Below are positions 8,046 through 16,174 of a DNA stretch of 31,917 nucleotides, one piece after another. The stretch is taken from the IMG/VR virus record IMGVR_UViG_3300020598_000039, positions 1-31,917 of that record, one strand, 5' to 3'. The stretch is from a virus (taxonomy: Duplodnaviria; Caudoviricetes). Below the pieces are notes generated by a model. That model was given only the letters and a program-made list of their open reading frames with translations, was not told the origin of the DNA and searched no databases. A program made the position numbers and the translations under genes. The first letter of the stretch is position 1; each line of letters begins with the position of its first letter.

Positions 8046-8401
8046 GGCCCGTGTCCCGCACCGAGTACCGCGCCCAGATCGCCCGCGAGATGTCCGAGGC
8101 CGCCCTGCAGACCCGCGTCCTCGGCCTGGCCCGCGAGCTCGGCTGGCTGGCGTACCACACGCACGACAGCCGGCGCTCGCAGCCCGGGTTCCCGGACCTG
8201 GTCCTCCTGCACGCCAAGCGCGGCGGCCAGGTCGTCGCCGAGCTCAAGACCGAGCGCGGGCGCGTCTCCAACGAGCAGCACCGCTGGCTCGCAGAGTTCC
8301 GCGGCTGCGGCGTCGAGGCCCACGTGTGGCGCCCGGCCGACCTCCTCGACGGCACGATCCTCGCCGTCCTCACCCGCGAGGAGGTGACCCATGAAGCCTG
8401 A
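8042..8401 (+). CDS. VRR-NUC domain nuclease (putative resolvase)
   Basis: MSEAALQ...HTHDSRRSQPGFPDLVL...AELKTERGRVSNEQHRW...VWRPAD (PD-(D/E)xK fold). Confidence 0.88.
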   Translation: MRPVSRTEYRAQIAREMSEAALQTRVLGLARELGWLAYHTHDSRRSQPGFPDLVLLHAKRGGQVVAELKTERGRVSNEQHRWLAEFRGCGVEAHVWRPADLLDGTILAVLTREEVTHEA

Positions 8402-8465
8402 GCCCTGCCCCTCGTGCGGCGGCCAGATCAACCCCCAGACCGGCGAGTGCCGGTGCTCCGACTGA
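8391..8465 (+). CDS. 24-aa Cys4 microprotein MKPEPCPSCGGQINPQTGECRCSD (below ORF-track cutoff)
   Basis: Strong GAGGAGG RBS 6 nt upstream; fills the operon gap; CxxC...CxC. Confidence 0.6.
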   Translation: MKPEPCPSCGGQINPQTGECRCSD

Positions 8466-8482
8466 CCGAAGGGAACCACCCC

Positions 8483-8728
8483 ATGGCCGACACCACCCCA
8501 ACCGACGTCGTCCAGCCCGAGCCTGTCGAGTTCACCCCCGAGCAGCAGCTGCGGGCCCGCGCGCTCGACGCGGCGCGAGCCGTCCTGTCGAAGCGAGGCT
8601 TCGCGAGCAGCGAGCTCGCCGGCGGCCCGGCCGAACTCGTCGACCTCGCCGTCTACATCGTCGACGGCGTCCACCCGCTCGACCGGTACGAGACCGCCGA
8701 GGAGGTGCCCGCGGGTGCCGACGACTGA
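8483..8728 (+). CDS. Phage hypothetical protein
   Basis: GAAGGGA RBS before ATG 8483. Confidence 0.7.
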   Translation: MADTTPTDVVQPEPVEFTPEQQLRARALDAARAVLSKRGFASSELAGGPAELVDLAVYIVDGVHPLDRYETAEEVPAGADD

Positions 8729-9056
8729 GGTGTGCGGAGCGGTGGAGGGAGCGGTGCGGGCCTTCGCGTTGCCCGCGCCGTTCCCGACCGCCTCCGCGAC
8801 GCCTCACGACCTCGTGAGGCCCCACGAGACCGCCGTGTACCGGTTCTACGACGTCGTCGGGGACCTGCTGTACGTCGGGGTCTCGTGGAACCCCTTCAAG
8901 CGGTGGGCGACCCACCGGCACCGGGCGCAGTGGTTCGTCCAGGCGCGCCGGGTGCTGGTGGACGTCTATCCGAGCGAGCGCGACGCGCTGCGGGTTGAAC
9001 GCGAGTGGATCCGCAACGCCAAGCCGACCTGGAACGTCAGGAGCAGGACGGGATGA
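8715..9056 (+). CDS. Stand-alone GIY-YIG nuclease domain protein
   Basis: AVYRFYD..GDLLYVGVS.NP.KRW..H...E...IR..KP.WN matches the GIY-YIG core. Confidence 0.8.
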   Translation: MPTTEVCGAVEGAVRAFALPAPFPTASATPHDLVRPHETAVYRFYDVVGDLLYVGVSWNPFKRWATHRHRAQWFVQARRVLVDVYPSERDALRVEREWIRNAKPTWNVRSRTG

Positions 9057-9700
9057 TCCGTAGACGCCGGTGGATCCAGCCGGAGTTCTTCACGAGCGAG
9101 GACGTCCTCGCTCTGCCGAGGGACGCGAGGCTGACCTTCATCGGCTTGTGGCTGTACGCGGACGACTTCGGTCGCGAGCGGACGAACGCCGCCCTCATCA
9201 AGGCCGACGTGTACCCCCTCGACGAGGACATCACGCCCGACGTCGTCGAGGAGCACCTGCTCCTCTTCGCCGAGCGACAGATGATCCGGTTCTACGAGGT
9301 GGGCGGCCGGGACTACTTCGAGCTCACGGGCTGGGACCGCTGGCAGCCGGTCCAGAACCCCAGCCGCTCGAACATCCCCGCCGCGCCGGCCCATCAGGCG
9401 TGCCACGAGCCGGACGCCGCAGCCCCCGACCCCTACGTAGAGCCTCCGGAGGCTCCGCGTAGTGAGGGAGAGAGAGCAGAGAGGGAGGGAGAGAGGGACG
9501 AGGGAGAGAGGGAGCAGGAGGGGGAGGCCGCACCCACCACCCACCCGCAGCCGGCTACTCCGTCCGCCACCCTCCCGCCCGATCCGTTCTGTGCCCGCCA
9601 CCCCGACGGGACCACGAAGCCGTGCAAGGACTGCGCCAACGCACGGATGAAGTTCAAGCACTGGCAGGCGACCCAGCAGGCCACTGAGGAGGCAGCGTGA
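9053..9700 (+). CDS. Phage replication initiator / replisome organizer
   Basis: N-terminus RWIQPEFFTSEDV..L...ARLTFIGLWLYADDFGR...IKADVYPLD, a repeat-rich linker, and C-terminal C..HPDGT..PC..C. Confidence 0.8.
   Translation: MIRRRRWIQPEFFTSEDVLALPRDARLTFIGLWLYADDFGRERTNAALIKADVYPLDEDITPDVVEEHLLLFAERQMIRFYEVGGRDYFELTGWDRWQPVQNPSRSNIPAAPAHQACHEPDAAAPDPYVEPPEAPRSEGERAEREGERDEGEREQEGEAAPTTHPQPATPSATLPPDPFCARHPDGTTKPCKDCANARMKFKHWQATQQATEEAA
9433..9527. repeat. Palindrome plus purine tract inside the initiator gene (candidate origin)
   Basis: GAGCCTCCGGAGGCTC palindrome at 9440-9455; GAGGGAGAGAG at 9464, 9485 and 9500. Confidence 0.55.
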
Positions 9701-10545
9701 GCAAGCACCGTCCCGAGCGCACCGAGCGGCAGGCCCTGATCGACGAGATGGCCGAGCACGTGGCGCAGCTGGTCGACCCGTGGTGCGACCACGTGGACCA
9801 GGTGATCCCGCCGGCGCTGCAGACCTGGCAGGAGCGGCAGGCGCCGGCCCCCGGTGCGGAAGGCCCGTCGCCGCTGCCCCGGCTGGTCGTGCGCTCGACG
9901 ACGGTCGAGCACGCCCCGCTTCTGGTCCAGCTGCTCAACCCGGCCGACGACTCGTCCGCCGGCGGCTCCTCGCGCGGTCCGTCGTCGCGCCCGCCGACGA
10001 ACATCGAGGGCATGGCCGCGCACCAGGACATCCAGTTCGCCACGATCACGTGGTGCCGCGCCCTGGTGGGCCAGCTCATGCCCGCCGGGCCAGCCGCTCG
10101 TCTGCGCCGGCTGCTCGAGCTCGCGCCCACGCTGCCCGACGACATGCTGCACAACCTGGCGCGTGACGTGTTCCGCTGGTGGGCCCTGGCCCGCACCGCG
10201 ACGACGTGGGCCGACCCGCCGTTCAAGCCCCACGTCCGCTGCCCTGAGTGCACCACCCTCGGCAAGGTCCGGGTCCGGCTGTACCCGACGACGGCGTACT
10301 GCCTCGAGTGCGGGTCCGCGTGGAAGCACGGCAGTGTCGACGAGCTCGGCGTCGCCGTGCAGCTGGCCGCCGAGCAGGCCGCCGTCGTCGGCCGGATAGG
10401 CAGCCGCCCGGCCGGGCCGTGCACGACGTGCGGCCTCGAGCACGAGCCGGGCGTCTTCGACGACCTCGACGTGTACCGCGCCCACACCCCCGCGACCCTC
10501 GTCGGGCGCACCACGCCCGACGTCGTCGGGACCGCTCGCGCCTGA
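9697..10545 (+). CDS. Zn-ribbon protein, candidate late-gene regulator
   Basis: CPEC...CLEC and CTTC motifs; last gene of the early operon before the late promoter. Function inferred from position only. Confidence 0.6.
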   Translation: MSKHRPERTERQALIDEMAEHVAQLVDPWCDHVDQVIPPALQTWQERQAPAPGAEGPSPLPRLVVRSTTVEHAPLLVQLLNPADDSSAGGSSRGPSSRPPTNIEGMAAHQDIQFATITWCRALVGQLMPAGPAARLRRLLELAPTLPDDMLHNLARDVFRWWALARTATTWADPPFKPHVRCPECTTLGKVRVRLYPTTAYCLECGSAWKHGSVDELGVAVQLAAEQAAVVGRIGSRPAGPCTTCGLEHEPGVFDDLDVYRAHTPATLVGRTTPDVVGTARA

Positions 10546-10624
10546 GGATTTCATCCTCCCCGGCCACGCGTGTTGCCTGCGACACTCGTCCGGACAGATC
10601 CGCATCGGAGCAATGGAGCGAACG

Positions 10625-10942
10625 ATGGCCACCCCCGACAAGCCGTACCTACCTCGAGCTGGTCTCCTTCGGCAGGAGACCACGGCCGCCCTGAAGAACA
10701 CAGCGTGGCAGATCGGCATGGTCCTCGTCGTTGCCCGCCACCGGAAGGGTTGGACCCAGGACGAACTCGCACGGCGGGCGGACGTCGACCAAGGATCCAT
10801 CTCTGCGATCGAGAACGGCAGGCCCGTATCCGGGAAGTTCACGGACGAGAAGGTCGATCGGCTGTTCGCGACCGCCAATGTGAATGAGGCGTCCTTCGCA
10901 CGGCAGATCGCGTTCGTGAAGTACTGGCGCGACATCAACTGA
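10625..10942 (+). CDS. XRE-family HTH protein (moron-like)
   Basis: ARHRKGWTQDELARRADVDQGSISAIENG; GGAG RBS favours ATG 10625 over 10613; visibly more AT-rich codons. Confidence 0.8.
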   Translation: MATPDKPYLPRAGLLRQETTAALKNTAWQIGMVLVVARHRKGWTQDELARRADVDQGSISAIENGRPVSGKFTDEKVDRLFATANVNEASFARQIAFVKYWRDIN

Positions 10943-10985
10943 CGCCGCGGCGCCGAGGCGTTGCGCGGTCGCCGGGATGATGCGC

Positions 10986-11059
10986 TACTCTGACGTCGGC
11001 GGGTTCGTCATGCCCGCAGCAAGGCCCGACACCGGTCCCTGGTGCCGGGCCTTCGTCGT
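10986..11059 (+). promoter_or_regulatory. Putative late promoter -10 followed by a terminator-like hairpin
   Basis: TACTCT at 10986-10991; hairpin AAGGCCCGACACC/GGTGCCGGGCCTT at 11021-11053 followed by CGTCGT. Confidence 0.5.
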
Positions 11060-11077
11060 ACCTGGGTGGAGGTGACC

Positions 11078-11794
11078 GTGCCTCGTCTCGTCGTGCTGCT
11101 GTTCGGCCCGCCCGGTGCGGGCAAGTCCACGACCGCCCGCGGACTGGCCGCCGTGTTCGGCCTGCAGGTGCTCGACCGTGACGACGCGCAGTGGAGCAGC
11201 GAGCGGCAGTTCATCGCCGCCATGCGCGCGGTCGGCACCGACCCCAACGCGTCGGCCGTGGTGATCCGGACCGGCGCGTCCTCGACTGCCCGGGCCAAGG
11301 CGCAGCAGCTGGTGCGAGCGACGCACGGCTATCTCCTCGACCCGGGCTATGACGTGTGCGCTCAGCGGGTGCGCGCCCGACGGCGCGGCGTGCGTGACGG
11401 CCTGCGCGGCGTGGCCGCGTGGTACACCGCGCACGACCGCATCGACCGCGTGCCCGCCTGGCATGGCGTGCTCGACGAACACAGCACGTGGCAGCCGATC
11501 CGCCTCACGAAGCGCGGCACGTCCTACGCCGAGAAGCTGCACCGGTACGGCGCCAGCCACCAGGCCGCACGCCGAGCCTGGGCGGCACGGTTGCCCCTGC
11601 CGTGCACGGTGTGCCGGCGCCCGGTCCTGCCAGGAAGCACCTGGCACCTGGACCACACGGACGACGGCGCCGGCTACCTCGGCCCGGCCCACGCCCGGTG
11701 CAACACCAGCAAGGGCGGACGCAAGGGCGGCCGCGCTCGAGCTCGACGCGAACGACGCGACGTCGTGACCGCGACGAGACGCCTCGACCTCTGA
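11078..11794 (+). CDS. P-loop (AAA_33/kinase-like) and HNH endonuclease fusion
   Basis: VLLFGPPGAGKST Walker A; C-terminal CTVC...WHLDH...GPAHARCN HNH; GGAGG RBS. Confidence 0.85.
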   Translation: MPRLVVLLFGPPGAGKSTTARGLAAVFGLQVLDRDDAQWSSERQFIAAMRAVGTDPNASAVVIRTGASSTARAKAQQLVRATHGYLLDPGYDVCAQRVRARRRGVRDGLRGVAAWYTAHDRIDRVPAWHGVLDEHSTWQPIRLTKRGTSYAEKLHRYGASHQAARRAWAARLPLPCTVCRRPVLPGSTWHLDHTDDGAGYLGPAHARCNTSKGGRKGGRARARRERRDVVTATRRLDL

Positions 11795-12081
11795 CCGAAC
11801 CGGAGAAAATCCTGCGCGGCACACGCGCCGTGCCGCGCGCGACGCCGGGGTTTTTTGCGGCCAATCTTCCCCCTCACCCCCGAACCACCAAAGTTTTCAC
11901 ACACGGATCGGGCGGATTTTCGAGTCTCGCCGGGTGTTCGTCCGTGTCGTCGCAGGTCAGAGGGTTCTCCGGCGATGCTGAGAGGTGGTGCCCCCGTGGG
12001 GTATGCCTGCGCGACGGGACTCGCGCTGGCCCCTCGGGAGTGACTCCACCGGAGGAACTACGACCCCCGGGCGGTGATCGC
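11795..12081. other. Probable cos/packaging region
   Basis: Non-coding gap between HNH and terS with an inverted repeat (11814-11838), T-runs and AT-richer patches; this is the standard cos location in HK97-like phages. Confidence 0.55.
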
Positions 12082-12666
12082 GTGGCCACGAAGGATCAGG
12101 CCGAGCGGGTGAAGAAGGCTCGCCAGACGGGAAGTTCTCCGGCCGAGGGATGGTGCGTGGTCTGCGGCGAGTCCATCCGGATCACGGCGCGCAGCAGCGC
12201 GACGCCCATGCACAGGGCCTGCCGCGCCGGCGCCGACCGGCCCACGGCCGCGCCATCGACGACGTCGGAACGACTGCGCGCCTACCTCGAGCAGGCCGGC
12301 GGCGCGGATCCTGCCGTGGAGGCGCTGACCGTCGAGGCGTGCCGGATCGTCGACCGGCTCGACCACATCGACCGCATCGTCACCGGCAAGGCCGAGTGGA
12401 TCCAGCTCATGCACTTCCGTCTCGGGAACGGCGAGGAGCAGAAGGTCTACGTCTCCCTCGACGGTGTCCTGTCCGAGGCGCGCCAGCAGGTGACCGCGCT
12501 CAAGGGCGTCCTCGCGCAGCTCGGCGTCGGCAAGGCGGTCCTCGAGCCGACGGTCGCCGACGACAAGGGGAAGGCGGGTGACCCGGTTGACGAGATCGCA
12601 GAGCGTCGCGCTGCTCGGGGAGGCGCCGTCGCGCGCCTGGGTCACGCCGCAGGGCGTTCGCGCTAG
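12082..12666 (+). CDS. terS: Terminase small subunit
   Basis: EACRIVDRLD...DGVLSEARQQVTALK...DPVDEIAERRA; directly upstream of terL. Confidence 0.8.
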   Translation: MATKDQAERVKKARQTGSSPAEGWCVVCGESIRITARSSATPMHRACRAGADRPTAAPSTTSERLRAYLEQAGGADPAVEALTVEACRIVDRLDHIDRIVTGKAEWIQLMHFRLGNGEEQKVYVSLDGVLSEARQQVTALKGVLAQLGVGKAVLEPTVADDKGKAGDPVDEIAERRAARGGAVARLGHAAGRSR

Positions 12667-14044
12667 CTCGGCGGACGACGTCGTCGACCTGTCGGCCTCG
12701 TTCGGGCTGTACCTGGACGGCTGGCAGCAGCAGGTGCTCACCGCTGCGCAGGGCGAGCGTGCGGACGGGACGTGGGCCGCGCAGCGGGTCGGCGTGACCG
12801 TGCCACGGCAGAACGGCAAGTCGCAGTTGATGGTCGCGCGGATCCTCGCCGGCGCCCTGCTGTTCGGCGAGAAGAAGATCGTCGTCAGTGCGCACCAGCA
12901 GGACACGGCGCGCGAGGCGTTCGCGAAGCTCATGGAGCTGATCGAGGCGGACGACAACGTCGCGCTGCGGTTGCGGGTGAAGGCCGTGATGAACGCGCTC
13001 AACCGCGAGGCCGTCACGTTCACCACCGGCGCCAAGGTCCAGTTCAAGGCGCGCAGCGGCGCCGGCGGCAAGGGGTTCTCCTCCGACTGCCTGCTGCTGG
13101 ACGAGGCGCAGATCCTCGGCTCGCGCGCGTGGACGTCGATCAACTCGACCATGTCCGCGATGCCCAACCCGCAGGTCTGGCTCCTGGGCACGACGCCGCA
13201 GGAGGAGGACGACTCGTTCGCGTTCGACGCGGTCCGCCGTGCGGCGCTCGCGGGCAAGTCGACGAACGCGGCGTGGTGCGAGTGGGGCGTCGACGTCGAC
13301 AGCGACGAGTACCGGGAGGCGCAGGCCGACCTCGCGGCGAAGAAGTGGACGCCGGCGGTCGAGTACCTGTGTTGGTCGGCGAACCCGGCCTGGCTGACCC
13401 GGATGAACCACGAGGTCGTGCAGGGCGAGTTCGAGACCTACGACCCTTCCAAGTTCGCGGAGGACCGCCTGGGTATCTGGCGGGACGACGCAGCCGGCCA
13501 GCTGATCATGCCGCGCTGGCCGGAGCTCGTCGCGCCGCGGCCGAAGGACGCGCCCGTCGTGGCGCTCGGCGTGGCCGCCGACGTCGACCACGCGTGGATC
13601 TCGCTCGGCGCGGTGCTCGGCGGCGAACGGCCGCACCTGGGCTCGGTGAACCGCTGGCCCACGCGCGAGCGCGCGAAGGCCGTCGCCGAGATCGCGCGCA
13701 TCCAGTCCGAGCAGGGCGTGCCCGTCGTGGTCGACGGCGGCGGCCCTGCGTCCACCGTCATCGCCTACCTCGAGGCGGCCGGCGTCATCGTGACCCGCCT
13801 CGACCTGCCCGGCTACGTGCAGGCGTGCGACGACCTGGTGCAGGCCGTCGACGCCGGCGCCGTCGAGCACGGCGGGTACGACGAGCTCGACGCCGCTGTC
13901 GCGGCCGCCGGGTGGCGGCAGATCGGCGACCGCCGCGCGTTCGCGCGCAAGGGCGGCGACATCTCCGCGCTCGAGGCGTGCGCGTGCGCGCTGTCCGCGA
14001 CGCGCGAGGAAGCGAACTACGACGTCATGTCCTCGATCCTGTGA
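12578..14044 (+). CDS. terL: Terminase large subunit
   Basis: VPRQNGKS Walker A, LLLDEAQ Walker B, ANPA motif, C-terminal nuclease acidic residues. Exact start uncertain. Confidence 0.93.
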   Translation: MTRLTRSQSVALLGEAPSRAWVTPQGVRASSADDVVDLSASFGLYLDGWQQQVLTAAQGERADGTWAAQRVGVTVPRQNGKSQLMVARILAGALLFGEKKIVVSAHQQDTAREAFAKLMELIEADDNVALRLRVKAVMNALNREAVTFTTGAKVQFKARSGAGGKGFSSDCLLLDEAQILGSRAWTSINSTMSAMPNPQVWLLGTTPQEEDDSFAFDAVRRAALAGKSTNAAWCEWGVDVDSDEYREAQADLAAKKWTPAVEYLCWSANPAWLTRMNHEVVQGEFETYDPSKFAEDRLGIWRDDAAGQLIMPRWPELVAPRPKDAPVVALGVAADVDHAWISLGAVLGGERPHLGSVNRWPTRERAKAVAEIARIQSEQGVPVVVDGGGPASTVIAYLEAAGVIVTRLDLPGYVQACDDLVQAVDAGAVEHGGYDELDAAVAAAGWRQIGDRRAFARKGGDISALEACACALSATREEANYDVMSSIL

Positions 14045-14055
14045 AGGGGGTCACC

Positions 14056-14217
14056 GTGAAGCGACGACTCACCCGCGACCAGGGGTCCATGCTGCTCCTG
14101 GCCGGCGGTGCGGCCGCCGTCGGCGCCGGCCTGTGGCTGGCCGTCGGCCTGGGCGTGGCCCTGATCGCCGTCGGCGTGCTCGCCGTCGGCGTGGCCCTCC
14201 TGCTCGGGATGCAGTGA
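14056..14217 (+). CDS. Small membrane protein between terL and portal
   Basis: AAGGGGG RBS, two hydrophobic segments, TGATG coupling to the portal gene. Confidence 0.7.
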   Translation: MKRRLTRDQGSMLLLAGGAAAVGAGLWLAVGLGVALIAVGVLAVGVALLLGMQ

Positions 14218-15350
14218 TGGGGTGGCTCAACGGCGGCGCCGAGAAGCGGTCGGCCGGCGACGAGTGGATCGACTCCACCGGGACCCCGGTCACCGTCACC
14301 ACCGAGCGCGCGACGTACCTGACACCGGTGTTCGCCTCGATCCGCACGATCGTCGACTACGTCTCGACCCTCACCCCGCGGTTCTACCGGCCCGACCGGC
14401 CCGGGGCCGTGAAGGAGATCAGCCCGCCCGAGCTGTTCCGCAACATCGAGCTGGAGTACGGCACGGAGAACTGGCTCGGTCAGGCGATGTACGCGACGGT
14501 CACGGACGGCAACGCGGTCGGCCTGGTCCCAGCGACGTCGGGCTACGGCGGCAACCTGCCGCTGATGATCGAGTGGGTGCGCGACTGGTCGCCCGTGAAC
14601 GACGAGCACGGCAACCCCTGGTGGTACCTGAACGGGCAGCAGACACCGGGCAACCGCGTCGCGCACATCCCGTGGCTCGTGCCCGAGGGGCGCCTGCTCG
14701 GCATGTCGCCCATCCAGCACTACGCGTCCATCGTGGCCGCCGGCCTGTCCGCGCAGGAGTACGCCGACGTCAAGCGCGGCGGCGGGATCCCGCCCGCTGT
14801 GCTGAAGAACATGATGCAGGTGCTCGACCCGAAGGCCGCGGAGAAGGTGCAGAGCCGGGCAGTGACGTCGTTCGCGTCCGGCAAGCCGTTCGTGACCGGC
14901 AAGGACTGGGACCTGTCCATCGTGTCCGTCCCGCCCGCGCAGGCGCAGTTCATCGAGACGCTCAAGCTCACCGCCTCGGAGATCGCCGCGATCTACGGCC
15001 TCGACCCGCGCGAGGTCGGCGGCAACGCCGGCGACTCGCTCACCTACTCCAACGACGAGTCCCGGGCCCGGAACCGGGCGCACAACATGCGCCCGTACAT
15101 CAAGCGGCTCGAGCTCGCCGTCGCGCGATGGCTGCCCGGCGGGCAGTTCATGCGCCTCGACGTCGCCGAGACGATCCGCCCCGACATCAAGACCCAGACG
15201 GACATCATCGGCGCGAAGCTCAAGGACGGCCGTCTGTCCCTCAACGAGGCGCTCGCCCTCGACGACCGCCCGCCCGTGCAGGGCGGCGACTACCGCAACG
15301 TGCCCCGGCCCGACCCCGCGCCGGCATCCCGTCAGGAGGACAACGCATGA
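14217..15350 (+). CDS. HK97-family portal protein
   Basis: DGNA, GMSPI, AQFIET...EIAAIYG..P..VG, LTYSN and LSLNEA motifs. Confidence 0.92.
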   Translation: MGWLNGGAEKRSAGDEWIDSTGTPVTVTTERATYLTPVFASIRTIVDYVSTLTPRFYRPDRPGAVKEISPPELFRNIELEYGTENWLGQAMYATVTDGNAVGLVPATSGYGGNLPLMIEWVRDWSPVNDEHGNPWWYLNGQQTPGNRVAHIPWLVPEGRLLGMSPIQHYASIVAAGLSAQEYADVKRGGGIPPAVLKNMMQVLDPKAAEKVQSRAVTSFASGKPFVTGKDWDLSIVSVPPAQAQFIETLKLTASEIAAIYGLDPREVGGNAGDSLTYSNDESRARNRAHNMRPYIKRLELAVARWLPGGQFMRLDVAETIRPDIKTQTDIIGAKLKDGRLSLNEALALDDRPPVQGGDYRNVPRPDPAPASRQEDNA

Positions 15351-16045
15351 CCAGCACCACCGCTGAGCGTCGGTTCACCACGGTCCCGGTCGAGACCCGG
15401 GCCGCGGCCGCCGACAAGCGCACCATCGGCGGCTACGCCGCCAAGTTCGGCAGCCTCTCGCGCAACCTCGGCGGCTTCGTCGAGCAGGTCGCGCCCGGGG
15501 CCTTCAACAAGAGCCGCGGCGACGGCTGGCCGGGCGTCATCGCCCGGTACAACCACGACGACAACATGGTCCTCGGCACCACCGGCGGCGGCACGCTGCG
15601 CCTGGGCGTCGACGACGTCGGCCTCACCTACGAGGCCGACGTGCCCGCCGCACGCTCCGACGTCTACGAGCTGATCCAGCGCGGCGACGTGCGGCAGTCG
15701 TCGTTCGCGTTCGTCGTCCACGAGGACGAGTGGTCCGAGTCGGAGCAGAACTTCCCGATGCGGACCCTGCTGTCCGTGCGCCTGCTCGACGTCGCGCCCG
15801 TCAACTCGCCCGCCTACGAGGCGACCTCGGTCGGCACCCGCTCGCTGGACGACGAGCGCCGCTCGATCGCCGGCGCCCTCGTCGGCCCGGCGGCCGCGTT
15901 CGAGTCCCTCGCGCGCAAGTTCGACGCCCCCCTCGACGAGGTCCGGGCGCTCGCGGCCGCAGACGAGCTGCGGAAGTTCTTCCGCCGCACGGACGAGGCG
16001 CCGAAGCCGCTCACGGTCGCGGACGCCATGAAGGCGTGGCGCTGA
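15347..16045 (+). CDS. HK97-family prohead protease
   Basis: IGGYAAKF, FVEQVAPGAF, YNHD, RGDVRQSSFAF and DVAPVNSPAY motifs. Confidence 0.93.
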   Translation: MTSTTAERRFTTVPVETRAAAADKRTIGGYAAKFGSLSRNLGGFVEQVAPGAFNKSRGDGWPGVIARYNHDDNMVLGTTGGGTLRLGVDDVGLTYEADVPAARSDVYELIQRGDVRQSSFAFVVHEDEWSESEQNFPMRTLLSVRLLDVAPVNSPAYEATSVGTRSLDDERRSIAGALVGPAAAFESLARKFDAPLDEVRALAAADELRKFFRRTDEAPKPLTVADAMKAWR

Positions 16046-16174
16046 CCTGACAGACCACCGCGGCGCCGGGCAGGGCAACCACCCGACGCCGCGGACGCAC
16101 CACCTGAGCACGATCCGGCAGGGCGCAACCCACCGGGACCCAACCACCCAACGAGTCCCGGAAAGGGGACACCC

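Noticed and set aside
8715-9056. Intron-encoded homing endonuclease
   Set aside because: It has only a short catalytic domain, is translationally coupled in the operon, and neither flanking gene appears split.
10625-10942. Type II toxin-antitoxin pair
   Set aside because: No adjacent ORF with RelE/HigB, HicA, PIN or HipA features was seen.
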